From: Deinococcus sp.
GTDB lineage: Bacteria > Deinococcota > Deinococci > Deinococcales > Deinococcaceae
NCBI GenBank assembly: GCA_965261005.1
Contig: OZ253375.1
Coordinates: 2,688,001 to 2,752,000, forward strand
Direction: 5' to 3'
DNA length: 64,000 nt
Shown: positions 41,947-54,117 of the stretch, piece by piece
Numbering within the stretch: position 1 is the stretch's first letter
Layout: each line of letters opens with the position of its first letter
Made by a program: the position numbers and the translations under genes
The notes under the pieces: generated by a model
Told to the model about the DNA's origin: nothing
The model's input: the letters and a program-made list of their open reading frames with translations, nothing else
Database searches by the model: none

Positions 41947-42049
41947 TAGGATTCCGCTGAGTTCCTCAACATCGCGAAACCCGTATCTTTTCCTATCCGC
42001 TCCGCTGGAAAGCCTATCAACTTCGTTGACAGACTTTCCGGAATTTGTA
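41946..42049. repeat. Deinococcus small repetitive element (SRE)-like palindromic element
   Basis: Ends ATAGGATTCCG ... CGGAATTTGTA, core ATCGCGAAACCCGTATCTTTTCCTATCCGCTCCGCT, internal hairpin GGAAAG..TCAAC-TTC-GTTGA..CTTTCC. Resemblance to SRE is from memory. Confidence 0.55.
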
Positions 42050-42051
42050 AG

Positions 42052-43143
42052 CTACTCCCCCGTCCGCTTGGCCAGCGGCACCTTGACGTTCACCTCTTTG
42101 CGGTTGCGCCACAGCTTGAGCAGCACGGTGTCGCCGGGCCGTTTGGCCGCCACCAAGCGGATCACGTCGTACTGGTTGCGCACCCGCACGCCGTCCACCG
42201 CCACGATCACGTCGCCGAGGGACACCAGCTGTCCTTGGGCGTTGGTCAGGCTGGCCTGAAGGTTGGCGCGCGCCCCGGTCGAGCCGGCGGGCACGTCCAC
42301 CACCAAGGCGCCCTCGCTGGAGGTGAGGCCCACCGCCTTGCGCAGGGCTGGATCGAGGTTGGCGAGGTCTTGAAAGGTCACGCCCAGCGTGCCGCGCTGG
42401 GGTACGCCCACCCGCTCCAAGTCCGACAGCGACTGCGCCACCAAGTTGGCGGGCAGGGCCACGCCGATCAGGCCGGGCAAAAAGCTGTTGCCGGCGGCGT
42501 TGGCGTCCGCGACCCCCACGACGTTGCCGCGCGAGTCCAGCACCGGGCCGCCGCTGTTGCCTTGCTGAATGCTGGCGGTGGTCAGCAGGTACTGACCGAC
42601 CTCCAGACCCAAGTTGTCGCTGCGCTGCGTGCTCACGTTGGCCGAGGTGGAGTACACGCCGGTGGCGATGAAGTTTTGGTACTTCAGCGGCGCGCCGATC
42701 ACGATCAGCTTTTGGCCGGGAATGAGCAGGGCGCTGGAGCCGAAACCGAGCGTCTTGGGCGCGTTCACGCCGCTGACCCGTAAAATGGCGATGTCGATAC
42801 CGGGATCCACCCCCTCCAGCTTGGCGGCCACCGTGCGCCCGTCGTACAGGGTGACGGTGATGCTGTCCTGAAACTGGACGACGTGGTAGTTGGTGATGAT
42901 CAGGTTGGATTTGTAAAAAAAGCCCGAGCCGGTCTCGATGGGGTCATCGCCGGGCTGAAGCTGCGACTTAGGCACCCGCGCGTCCACCCGCACCACCGCC
43001 TTGATGGCGCCGGAGTAGACCTCGACGTTGTTGATCTCGTCGGGCGTGACCAGGGCGCGCGCCGCCGTGACCCGGCCCGCCAGGTAGGCGAAGCCCAACA
43101 AGGCGCTCAGCCCCAATACCATCGCCCAGCGGCGCCACGTCAT
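42052..43143 (-). CDS. HtrA/DegP-like S1C serine protease with PDZ domain
   Basis: GSGFF, ITNYHVV, DIAIL, GNSGGP, C-terminal PDZ. Confidence 0.92.
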   Translation of the reverse strand: MTWRRWAMVLGLSALLGFAYLAGRVTAARALVTPDEINNVEVYSGAIKAVVRVDARVPKSQLQPGDDPIETGSGFFYKSNLIITNYHVVQFQDSITVTLYDGRTVAAKLEGVDPGIDIAILRVSGVNAPKTLGFGSSALLIPGQKLIVIGAPLKYQNFIATGVYSTSANVSTQRSDNLGLEVGQYLLTTASIQQGNSGGPVLDSRGNVVGVADANAAGNSFLPGLIGVALPANLVAQSLSDLERVGVPQRGTLGVTFQDLANLDPALRKAVGLTSSEGALVVDVPAGSTGARANLQASLTNAQGQLVSLGDVIVAVDGVRVRNQYDVIRLVAAKRPGDTVLLKLWRNRKEVNVKVPLAKRTGE

Positions 43144-43155
43144 GGTCGTCTCCCT

Positions 43156-43458
43156 TTAGTCCGAACTCTTGGCGGCACTTTTGGCCGCGCCCTGAGCTGG
43201 GGCGGGCGCTTTTTCGGCGCTCGCCCCAGCCTGGGGTGAGCTGCCTTTGGCGCCCTCTTTCTGGGCGGCCCCTTTTTCTGAACCCCGGCTGTCGTTCACG
43301 TAGAAGCCGGAACCCTTAAAGGCGATGCCGGGCCGGGCCACCACGCGCTTGATCGGCTCGCCGGTCTCGGGGTGCTGTGTGAGGGCCTCGTCGCGCATGC
43401 TCTGCTTGATCTCGTGGATCTCGCCGCTGTTCAGGTTTTTATACAGATAGGTGGGCAT
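43156..43458 (-). CDS. FmdB-family regulatory protein (Cys-less)
   Basis: MPTYLYK...IAFKGSGFYVNDSR. Confidence 0.8.
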   Translation of the reverse strand: MPTYLYKNLNSGEIHEIKQSMRDEALTQHPETGEPIKRVVARPGIAFKGSGFYVNDSRGSEKGAAQKEGAKGSSPQAGASAEKAPAPAQGAAKSAAKSSD

Positions 43459-43619
43459 CGCCGGTCCTCCGGAGGGCATGCTAGCAAACGCCCTGTGTAC
43501 AATTGTGACGTCCTTGCGCCGAAATTCGGCTTGGGCGCGTCAAAACGTAGGTACGCGGCGCGCGGCTTTTTGGATGTCGTGCGCCCGACGTTCCGCCTGA
43601 ACATCCCCACGAGGTCGCC

Positions 43620-44426
43620 GTGTCCACCCCTTTAGAACTGGTCCTTTCAGAGCGGCGCGGCCCGGTCGCCCTGCTGACCCTCCACCGCCCCGAGGTGCGC
43701 AACGCCCTCTCCGGCGACTTGCTGGCGGCCCTCTCGGCCCGCTTGGAGGAGTTGCGCGCAGACGCCGGCGTGCGCGGCGTGGTCCTGACCGGGGCCGGCA
43801 AGGTTTTTTGTGCCGGGGCCGATCTGCGCGAGCTGCACTCACTCGGCGCGGCCTCCAGCGAGGCCAACAAGCGGGACTCGGCGCGCCTGGCCGACCTCTT
43901 ACACGCCGTCTACACCTTTCCCAAGCCGGTCATCGCGGCCGTCGAGGGCGCCGCCGTGGCGGGCGGGGCGGGCCTGGCGAGCGCCTGCGACCTGATCGTG
44001 GCGGGGGAGGGGGCCAAGTTCGGCTACACCGAGGTGAGGCTGGGCTTCGTGGCGGCCGTCGTGATGGTCTTTTTACTGCGCGCCGTGGGCGAAAAGCACG
44101 CCCGTCAGCTGCTGCTTGGGGGCCAGCTGGTGCCGGCGGGGGAGGTGCAGCGCATGGGACTGGTGGCCGAGCTGGTGCCGGACGGTACAGCCGTGGAGCG
44201 CGCCCTCGCCCTGGCCGCCGAACTGGCCCGCCACTCTCCCACCGCCCTCGCCACCACCAAGGAGATGCTGGCCCACCTGCCCGGCATGGGGCTGGAGGAG
44301 GCATTGCGCTACGCGGTCACGGTCAACGCCTGGACCCGCACGACAAGCGACCTGCGAGAGGGCGTGACGGCCTTTTTGGAGGGGCGCGCGCCGGCGTGGC
44401 CGCAAGGGGAGGAAACCAAAAGGTAA
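43620..44426 (+). CDS. Enoyl-CoA hydratase/isomerase family protein
   Basis: RPEVRNAL, FCAGADL, AVAGGAGLASACD, EVRLG. Confidence 0.92.
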   Translation: MSTPLELVLSERRGPVALLTLHRPEVRNALSGDLLAALSARLEELRADAGVRGVVLTGAGKVFCAGADLRELHSLGAASSEANKRDSARLADLLHAVYTFPKPVIAAVEGAAVAGGAGLASACDLIVAGEGAKFGYTEVRLGFVAAVVMVFLLRAVGEKHARQLLLGGQLVPAGEVQRMGLVAELVPDGTAVERALALAAELARHSPTALATTKEMLAHLPGMGLEEALRYAVTVNAWTRTTSDLREGVTAFLEGRAPAWPQGEETKR

Positions 44427-44484
44427 GGAAAAACGCTCTGCGCCCATTCATCTCGCTTCACGCCCTCGTCTGTCATGCTGAGTT

Positions 44485-45567
44485 ATGGACAACTCGACTG
44501 AGCCACACCTGGACGCCCGCGCGGACCTGCTGCCCCTCAGCGACCGGGGCGAGGTGCTCGAAACGCCCCAAAGCGTGCTGCGCGCCCACCCGCTGACGCC
44601 GCAGGACGTGATGTTCGTGCGCAACAACAACCCTTACCCGGTGGGCGCCGACACCCTGGAAAGCGTGCCGCTCTCGGGCGAGTTGGACATCGGCGGCTTG
44701 GTGGAGTGTCCCTTCACCCTCGACCTGACCCGCCTGCGCGAGCTGCCCTACCTAGAAGTCGAGATGGTGATGCAGTGCGCCGGCAACGGCCGCGCCTTTT
44801 ATCAGGACGCCGATCAGATTGACGGCAGCCAGTGGACGCGCGGCGGCGTGCTGAACGGCGTGTTCGGCGGGGTGCGCGTCCGGGACGTGCTGGAGCGGGC
44901 GGGCGTCCGGCCAAGCGCCCGCTACCTGACCGCCACCGGAGCCGACGCCCCCAAGGACGGCACGGACGGCCCCTACGAAAAGAGCGTGCCCCTGGCGGAC
45001 GCGCTGGAGCACGGCTTGATCGCCTTTAGCTCGAACGGCGAGCCGCTGTGCGGCGCCCACGGCGGCCCCATCCGCTTGCTGATGCCCGGCTACTTCGGCA
45101 CCGTGAACGTCAAGTGGCTGCGCCGCCTGACCCTGACCGAGCAGGAAACCCGGCACGAGGCCCAGCAAGAGCGTTACCGGGTGCCGCTGCCGGAAGGAGG
45201 CTCGCGCCCGTGTTGGCGCCAGCCGCTCAAGAGCGTGATCTTACATCCACAGCCCGGCGAGACGTTGGGCAGGGTCGGTAGCGCCTCGGGCGCTGCCTGG
45301 AACGACGGCGCCATTGGAATCGAGAAGGTGGAGGTCAGCCTTGACGCCGGCCAGACTTGGCAGGCGGCCGAGCTGGAGCCGGCGCGCGGTCCCTTCGGCT
45401 GGCGGCGCTGGTCGCTGGCGCTCGGCCTACCCCCCGGCGAACACGAGCTGTGGTGCCACGCCACCGACGAAACCGGCCGCAGTCAGCCTCTCGACGGCAA
45501 CGCCACCTGGAATCCCGAGGGCTACGAGTGGCACGGGGTGGACAAGGTGCGCTTTGCGGTGAGGTAG
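44485..45567 (+). CDS. Sulfite oxidase-family molybdoenzyme
   Basis: FVRNN, MQCAGNGR, HGGPIRLLMPGYFG..VKWL, C-terminal dimerisation domain. Confidence 0.88.
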   Translation: MDNSTEPHLDARADLLPLSDRGEVLETPQSVLRAHPLTPQDVMFVRNNNPYPVGADTLESVPLSGELDIGGLVECPFTLDLTRLRELPYLEVEMVMQCAGNGRAFYQDADQIDGSQWTRGGVLNGVFGGVRVRDVLERAGVRPSARYLTATGADAPKDGTDGPYEKSVPLADALEHGLIAFSSNGEPLCGAHGGPIRLLMPGYFGTVNVKWLRRLTLTEQETRHEAQQERYRVPLPEGGSRPCWRQPLKSVILHPQPGETLGRVGSASGAAWNDGAIGIEKVEVSLDAGQTWQAAELEPARGPFGWRRWSLALGLPPGEHELWCHATDETGRSQPLDGNATWNPEGYEWHGVDKVRFAVR

Positions 45568-45568
45568 G

Positions 45569-48075
<2,507 letters not shown>

Positions 48076-48079
<4 letters not shown>

Positions 48080-49056
48080 TAGGCCCGGCTTCCCACGGTC
48101 GCGCCGCGCGCTTCCAGCACGCCCGTCACCGCGCCGACGGCCGCCTTAACGCCGGGAGTGACAACGGGGCCGCCGAAGCGAGACAGCCGCACCAGCGCCG
48201 TGCCGTCTGCGCGCGGCGTGACCCCGATCAGCACCTCCTGGGTCAGCGCCTCCTCCTCCACGTGCGCCAGGAAGACCCAGCCGCCCTGCCTCGGGCTGGA
48301 GTAGGCGTCTTGCAGCACGACGGTGTGGGCGGGCGACTGAACGACCGTCTTTTGAAAGTTTGCGAGGTCGAGGGCGGCGAGGTCAAAATTGGCGGGCAGC
48401 TTGAGCACGGCGTGGGGCACGAATTCTCCTGAATGTTCTCCCGAAGTGACGGACAGATCCGGCACGTCCGGGTGGCGCGTCACCCGCCAGCGGACGTGGT
48501 GCGCGCTCAGGCCCAGCTCGCGCCACTTGAGGGCGTACTTGGTGCGCAGGGCGGCGGGGGGCGCTTCCGGGAAGCTGGCGCCGAAGCAATCGCTTGCCTG
48601 CGCCTGGGCGAGCGCGAAGGCGAAGTACTCGGCGTGGTCGGTGGTGAACCACACCTCGCCGCCCTCACCCAGGCGGCTGGCGGCCAGCTCGAAAAAGCCT
48701 CGCCGCAGCAGGCGGTGTTCCAGGTGGCTGGCCTTGGGCCAGGGGTCGGGAAAGTTGACCACGATGCGGCTCAGGGCGCCGGGGGGAATCACGCCCCGCA
48801 GCAGCGCCGCCGCCGACATCTTGGTTAGGTGCGTTCCGGCCAGGCCGGCGGAAAGCAGTCGCCGCCGCGCCTTGAGCAGGCTCACGCCCGACAGCTCCAC
48901 GCCCAGATAATTCGTCCCCGGCTCCCGCAGCCCCTGATCGGCCCAAAAGCGCCCGTCGCCGAAGCCGATCTCCAGGGTCCAGGGGCCGGCGGGGTTCTCC
49001 GGGTAGAGCCGCGCCACGCTGTCGGGGTAGTGGAAGTCGCCCGGCCGCAAGATCAC
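48076..49056 (-). CDS. trmB: tRNA (guanine-N7)-methyltransferase
   Basis: LEIGFGDG, VNFPDPWPK, TDHAEY, TKYA. Confidence 0.9.
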
Positions 49057-49760
49057 GCGCCCCCCAGTTCGCTCGCGAGTGCGGCGGCCTGTCCCAACGT
49101 GGCGGCGTAGTCGAGCTGCCCCGGCGCGCAGCGGCCCAGCGCGTACACGGCGGGCCAGCGCTTCAAGCGGAAGCCGTCCAGCTCCCCCGGCGCCAAGCTG
49201 TGGGAGCGCACCGTGTACGGCAAGCTTCCCGCCTCCCCGGCCGCCGCGTCCTCGCGCGCCTCAAAGGCGACCCCGCGCGCCACCAGGTCCCGCCACAAAA
49301 AGTCATAGGCGACCTCGCCCAGCCGGCCAGCCTCCTCCTCCACCTCACCGACGCGTAGCCGCGCCCCTAGAAAGCTGCCGGCGGCCAGCACCACGGCGCC
49401 CGCCAACAGGGTGGGACCTTCCCAGGTGCTCAGGCGGTGGGGCGGCCCCACCTCCAGGGCCGAGACGCACGACTGCAAGAGGTGAATACCGGGGGTCGCC
49501 TCCAGCGCCCGCTTGACCTCGCGGTGCAGCGCCCAGGCGCCCGCGCCCGCCGCACCCGCGAACAGCGTGCCCTCCGGGAAGTTCCCCTGCCCGAATAAGT
49601 TTCCCACGCTGTCGAGCGACTGCGTCACCAGCAGTACGTCCCGCCCGACTTTTGCCAAGCGCCAGGCCAGCTCGCTCCCGGCCAGGCCCGCCCCCACCAC
49701 CGCCACGTCGTAGAGGTGGCCGGACTGCGGCAGCGAGCGGGACGAGGTGGAACCGAACAT
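49053..49760 (-). CDS. Small GidA/MnmG-related FAD-dependent protein
   Basis: VVGAGLAGSE, VVLAAGSFLGARL..G...EEAGRL, YALGRC. Confidence 0.75.
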   Translation of the reverse strand: MFGSTSSRSLPQSGHLYDVAVVGAGLAGSELAWRLAKVGRDVLLVTQSLDSVGNLFGQGNFPEGTLFAGAAGAGAWALHREVKRALEATPGIHLLQSCVSALEVGPPHRLSTWEGPTLLAGAVVLAAGSFLGARLRVGEVEEEAGRLGEVAYDFLWRDLVARGVAFEAREDAAAGEAGSLPYTVRSHSLAPGELDGFRLKRWPAVYALGRCAPGQLDYAATLGQAAALASELGGA

Positions 49761-49835
49761 CAGCCGAGTGTAGAGCCTGGGCCGGATGGGCGGGGGAGCG
49801 GGAACACTTGACAGGAAAAGTGGTATGACCGGGCC

Positions 49836-50105
49836 ATGTCAAACGGCGCGCGTCAGAACTTCGCGGGCACCTCGCCCTTCGAACCGCTGATCGGGTACTC
49901 CAGGAACATGCGGATCGGAAACGTCCTGCACGTTTCCGGCACCACGGCCACCCACCCGGACGGCAGCGGGCGCGTCGTCGGCGTGGGCGACATGTATGCC
50001 CAGACAAATGTATGCCCAGACAAGGCGGGCGCCGGAGAACATCTGGCTCGCTCTGGAGGACATGGGAGCGCGCCTGGAGCACGTCGTCCGAATCCGGCTG
50101 TTATT
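49836..50105 (+). pseudogene. RidA/YjgF-family pseudogene (frameshifted, truncated)
   Basis: [16 protein letters not shown]; a 16-bp tandem duplication at 49992-50023 shifts the frame; [16 protein letters not shown] continues in another frame, then similarity is lost. Confidence 0.8.
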
Positions 50106-50404
50106 GGCAGGGGGATAATGCCGGTCACCGCTTTAAAGGCCCGCGCGAGGTGGCGGGCACTGAGACGACACCGATCCCAAACCTGCTAAGCTCGGCGCAA
50201 AGCCGCAATCCGAGTTGGAGAAGTTACAAGAATTTATGTTGAGGCGCGCGCTAGATTCCAACTGGACAGCCCCTCCTCCCGCAGCATTCAAACTGAGGGA
50301 CTGAGGTAAAGAAGGCTACCCTGTCGAGAACACACATCCGAGAAGTCATCACGCTGTGCTGATTTAGCCCATCTTCGACTGAGTCCCAATCACGAGAGGA
50401 CAGC

Positions 50405-50878
50405 ATGACCGAACCCGAGTCCACCCAAACCCAAAAGAGGCCAGAGACCCTGCTCAACCTTCTGGCAGAAGAAGGCTTCCGCCCCAGCTCGGATGCGGAC
50501 GGCGACATGCAGTTCAAGTTCGAGGGTGGAACTTACTTTGTCATGTTGACGGCCGACGACGACGAGTATTACCAGTTGGTATATCCCAACTTTTGGCCGC
50601 TGGAGTCCGGCGACGATCGTCTAAACGCCCTGGTGATCTGCGACCTGCTCAACCGTGCCCTCAAGCTGGTCAAGCTGTATACGCTGGCCGACACCGTATG
50701 GGCCGGCGTGGAAAGCGCTCACGCCACGCCCGAGGCGTTTATGCACATGCTGCCCCGCTCACTCGGGTACTTACAAGACGCCGTGCGGGCGTTCGGGCAG
50801 GAGATGACGTCGCTGGAGATTCCCAAAGATGACGAGCAATCGGCGGAGCCGGACGATGAGCAAGATGCCGGCCGTTGA
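50405..50878 (+). CDS. YbjN / T3SS-chaperone-like protein
   Basis: LAEEGFRPSSDADGDMQFKFEG, YPNFW, LNRALKLVKLY; acidic; SD GAGAGGA. Confidence 0.65.
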   Translation: MTEPESTQTQKRPETLLNLLAEEGFRPSSDADGDMQFKFEGGTYFVMLTADDDEYYQLVYPNFWPLESGDDRLNALVICDLLNRALKLVKLYTLADTVWAGVESAHATPEAFMHMLPRSLGYLQDAVRAFGQEMTSLEIPKDDEQSAEPDDEQDAGR

Positions 50879-50963
50879 ACGGTGTGCCGGGCGCACGCAC
50901 ATGCCTTCCTGCTAAAAATTATTAGACGTAACGGGTTCGCTATACTATGAGAGGAGGGGCTAG

Positions 50964-53078
50964 ATGTCCGAGTACGAGGAGCGGAAGCCGCAAGGTCAGC
51001 AGCAGTCCACTGTCGCGGCGCCGCAGATCAGCTACATCCCCCCGCTGCCGGTCCCGGATCAGGCGGCCCTGCACCAAGATCAACAGCAGCAGGCGTTGCA
51101 GCGCTATCAGCAGTTCTTCGCAACACCAGACCTCGCCCAGCGTTCAAGCGTTACCCCGGTCTTCGAAGCCGCTCAGGTGCAACGCACCTTGGTCTTGCAG
51201 CGTCAGCAATCGCAGCTGGCCTTGCAGCGCCAGATCGAAGCGCTGAGCGAGGGCTTGCCTCCTCACGCTCTTCAGTCCGCTCTACAACGTCAGGCCGAGC
51301 AAGCTCAAGTGCCCGCCTTGCCCCCTATCTTCAACGGGCCGACCAGGTCACAACCTTCCTACGCCGACCACGCTGGGCGCTACGCCCATGAAGCGGTGTC
51401 GTTGCAGCGCCAAGCCGACCAGCACAGCGGCTTCGTCGCCATGTCCGCCTGGCCGACCATTTAGGGGCGGGCGACGCAGGACTTGGCGCAGCGCTTCCGA
51501 ACCGACGCTTCCCCTGCCACTCAGCGCTACGCCGAGCTGGGACGCAGCTTGGCCCTGGTGCAACGCCAGCCGCAAGGGAAACAGGTGGCGCGGGTCGTGT
51601 TGCAACGTTTGCCGGCGGGTGAGCGGCCCATGGTGCAAAGGGCGCTGGACGAGGCGGAACAAGAGCATCAGCAGTTCCAAGCGCAAAACCAGAACGCCTT
51701 ACAGCTGCACGCCTTGCAACGGAAGCTGACAGAGGAAGACGCCCTTGCTCCCCAAGCGATCCCGAGGGGGGGCGGTCAAGCTTTGCCCCTGGCGGTGCAG
51801 CGGCGGTTGGAAGTGGGGCTGAACATTCCGAGGGAACACTTGCAAACGGTGCGAGTCCATGCCGACCCTGCCGCCCATAGCTTTGCGAAGTCGGTGAACG
51901 CCATTGCGGCGACGGTCGGAACGCACATCTTCTTCCAGCGAGGCAAGCTGGACACCGAGAGCGCCGAGGGGCAAGAGCTGCTGGCCCACGAGGTGACGCA
52001 CACCTATCAGCAGGTGCAAGGCAAGGTCACGGGCAAAGGGATTGCCCCTGACCCCGTTCTGGAGCAGGAAGCCAGGCTGGCGGGCAAGCGCTTTGCGGGA
52101 ACGGCGCTAGACGCCTGGCGCGGCGAGGCGCGGCAGGTGGCCAAGCAGCTGAGCGGGCAGGGCCACGCTGCCGGCATCGCCGACAAGATGAGCAAGGCTA
52201 CCGCGCCGACTTCTGTGGCCGTGCAGCGCCAAGTGGCTAACTCGGAACAGGGAGAGTCGGTCAGCGCGCCGCAGGTTGATCCACAACGCCTCACGCAGTT
52301 TCGCCGCCTGCTTGAACAGTACCGCGCCGCCGTGCAGAGTGGAGAAGTCACACCAGCTGATCGAGAACACGTCGAACAGGCCGTGCGGCGTGCAGAAGCG
52401 GCCATTCGGCATGCCGAACGCGTGCAGGCGCGAGGACAAAGCTTGTCCGCAGGCGCTGGGATGGCCATGGTTGGCTCCGCAGGCTTGGCCGCCGACGACG
52501 TGACTGGAATCGGCGTTGCCGATGACGTGGCCATTCCATTCGTGCTGCTCGCCGCTGGCGCGCTCGCGCTCGGCGGCTGGCTGTTGTCCAGTTCCGACGC
52601 CAGCAAACGTCAGGCTTGGATGACGGCCAGTCAAGCGGTGGGCGTCGCCGTGGGCAGCTTGGACAACGTGCTTTTACAACGCCGGACACGCACTGAAACG
52701 GGGAGCCGAGTTGAGCCAGTGGTCATGCCCCAAACGCGCGATAAGCAAGATGAACACCGTGGGCGTTTACAGGTCCAGGGCGCCGACCTTGGGCGCTTTC
52801 CCAATGGCGAACTCTCTTGGGCATGGGCAAGAACGACCCCGCCAACTGCCGCAGAGGCGCTGACCGCGTTGCAGGTGATGAAGGGACAGCTCGGCAAGCG
52901 GGAGCTTGAAGTTCGGGTAGAAGCTTTTTTCAAGGCCGAAAAATTTATTTTAAAGGCGCAAATGGATGGAGGAATACAGGCTATATATCGTAGTGATTTT
53001 CAAAGTAATAACTTACCTCCGAAGTTTAAAAATGCACGCGTTGACATAGAAGTGTTGAAAGGAAGGGCTTTTGTGTGA
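50964..53078 (+). pseudogene. DUF4157 (eCIS core) polymorphic toxin interrupted by an in-frame TAG at 51462-51464
   Basis: ORFs 50964-51464 and 51483-53078 share one frame; repeated LQRQ/VQRQ; VRVH...AHSFAKSVNAIAATVGTHIFF...LLAHEVTHTYQQ; ADDVTGIGVADDVAIP hydrophobic segment; AT-rich C-terminal tip; TATACT and SD GAGGAGG upstream. Confidence 0.8.
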
Positions 53079-53491
53079 TTCAAGATAGTATAAAAACATT
53101 GGGTATTATAGAAAATAATTGTGAGACAGTATTTGACATCATTGGCGAAGAAGTAGAAAATGGACATTTATCTGAATTAATCGATGCGTTTAAGACTACG
53201 AGTAATGTATACGTCTCCCAGGCTTTGTCATTTTGTCTTGGTGATTACAATCGAACTTCGGGGGAGATGTTAAAGGTTTTTGAGTTTATCGAAGCTTTAA
53301 TCGCACAAGATCAAAACACATACAACAATTTAATCACAGCCTTGGCGCGCTTTGAGCAGAAAGGAATTGACTGGCGCACCCCTGAGCGAGAGCAACTGGT
53401 GGAGCGCTTTTTGGCAAAATGCCAACGCTTCGGAGAGTTGCTGAGGGACTACGCCGAAGATCACGCACAGAGGTTGTTGCCAGACAGGTGA
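53075..53491 (+). CDS. Candidate cognate immunity protein
   Basis: AT-rich, GTGA overlap with the toxin stop, acidic and helical. Confidence 0.65.
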   Translation: MIQDSIKTLGIIENNCETVFDIIGEEVENGHLSELIDAFKTTSNVYVSQALSFCLGDYNRTSGEMLKVFEFIEALIAQDQNTYNNLITALARFEQKGIDWRTPEREQLVERFLAKCQRFGELLRDYAEDHAQRLLPDR

Positions 53492-53602
53492 ATTGCGCGT
53501 TCACCTGCTCGGACGTGCTCACCTTGGCACAGCAAAGACACCAAAGTTACGCCTCTTGTCCAAGTCGGCCTATACAACTTCAAGCCGTGAGGACAGGACG
53601 CT

Positions 53603-54085
53603 ATGAGGCTGATTGATGAACTGCTCGACCAGGTTGCCCCTGGCGGCGAACGGGCGACCGAAGCGGTGCGCGCGCTCGGGTTGCTGCTCGAAAAGCGCGT
53701 GATGAGCCGGCCCGGGGACGACGATGGGGGCTTGGCCGAACTGCTCGGTGCGGAACTTGCCGCCCATGACTTGACGCCCCAGGAGTTCGACCAAATTCTA
53801 GACGGCTTGCTGCGCCACACGCGACAAGTTGAGGTGCCCGAGCCTGGGGTGCTGTGGGCGCTGGGCAAGAGCCATGACCTCCGTATCGTTCCCGCCTTAA
53901 GGTCGGTGTTGGAGCGGTCGCTGCTGAGTGAGGGGCAACAGGACGCGGCGCACCAAGCGCTGATGGGGCTGATGCTGTTTGACGATCAGACCGCCCGCCA
54001 GGCCGTGGAGTACGCGGCGAGGGAGGGGCTAAGCGAGGTGCGCGAGGAGGCGGAGGACTACCTCGCCGTGAGGGGCAGGCGTTAA
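53603..54085 (+). CDS. Helical-repeat (HEAT-like) hypothetical protein, possible orphan immunity
   Basis: Acidic helical protein, VLWALGKS.D, HQALMGL. Confidence 0.55.
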   Translation: MRLIDELLDQVAPGGERATEAVRALGLLLEKRVMSRPGDDDGGLAELLGAELAAHDLTPQEFDQILDGLLRHTRQVEVPEPGVLWALGKSHDLRIVPALRSVLERSLLSEGQQDAAHQALMGLMLFDDQTARQAVEYAAREGLSEVREEAEDYLAVRGRR

Positions 54086-54117
54086 GACAAGCGCGACTAG
54101 AACGGCCGAAACAAAGC

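Noticed and set aside
42026..42053. Antisense promoter TTGACA-16-TAAGCT facing into the htrA-like gene
   Set aside because: The TTGACA lies within the hairpin of the SRE-like element; without transcript data it is probably coincidental.
50220..50404. Possible riboswitch upstream of the YbjN-like gene
   Set aside because: No known aptamer consensus could be matched by eye; an Rfam search would be needed.
51462..51464. Pyrrolysine or programmed amber recoding
   Set aside because: No pyl genes or suppressor tRNA in the window, and a single C>T change from a Gln codon is the simpler explanation.
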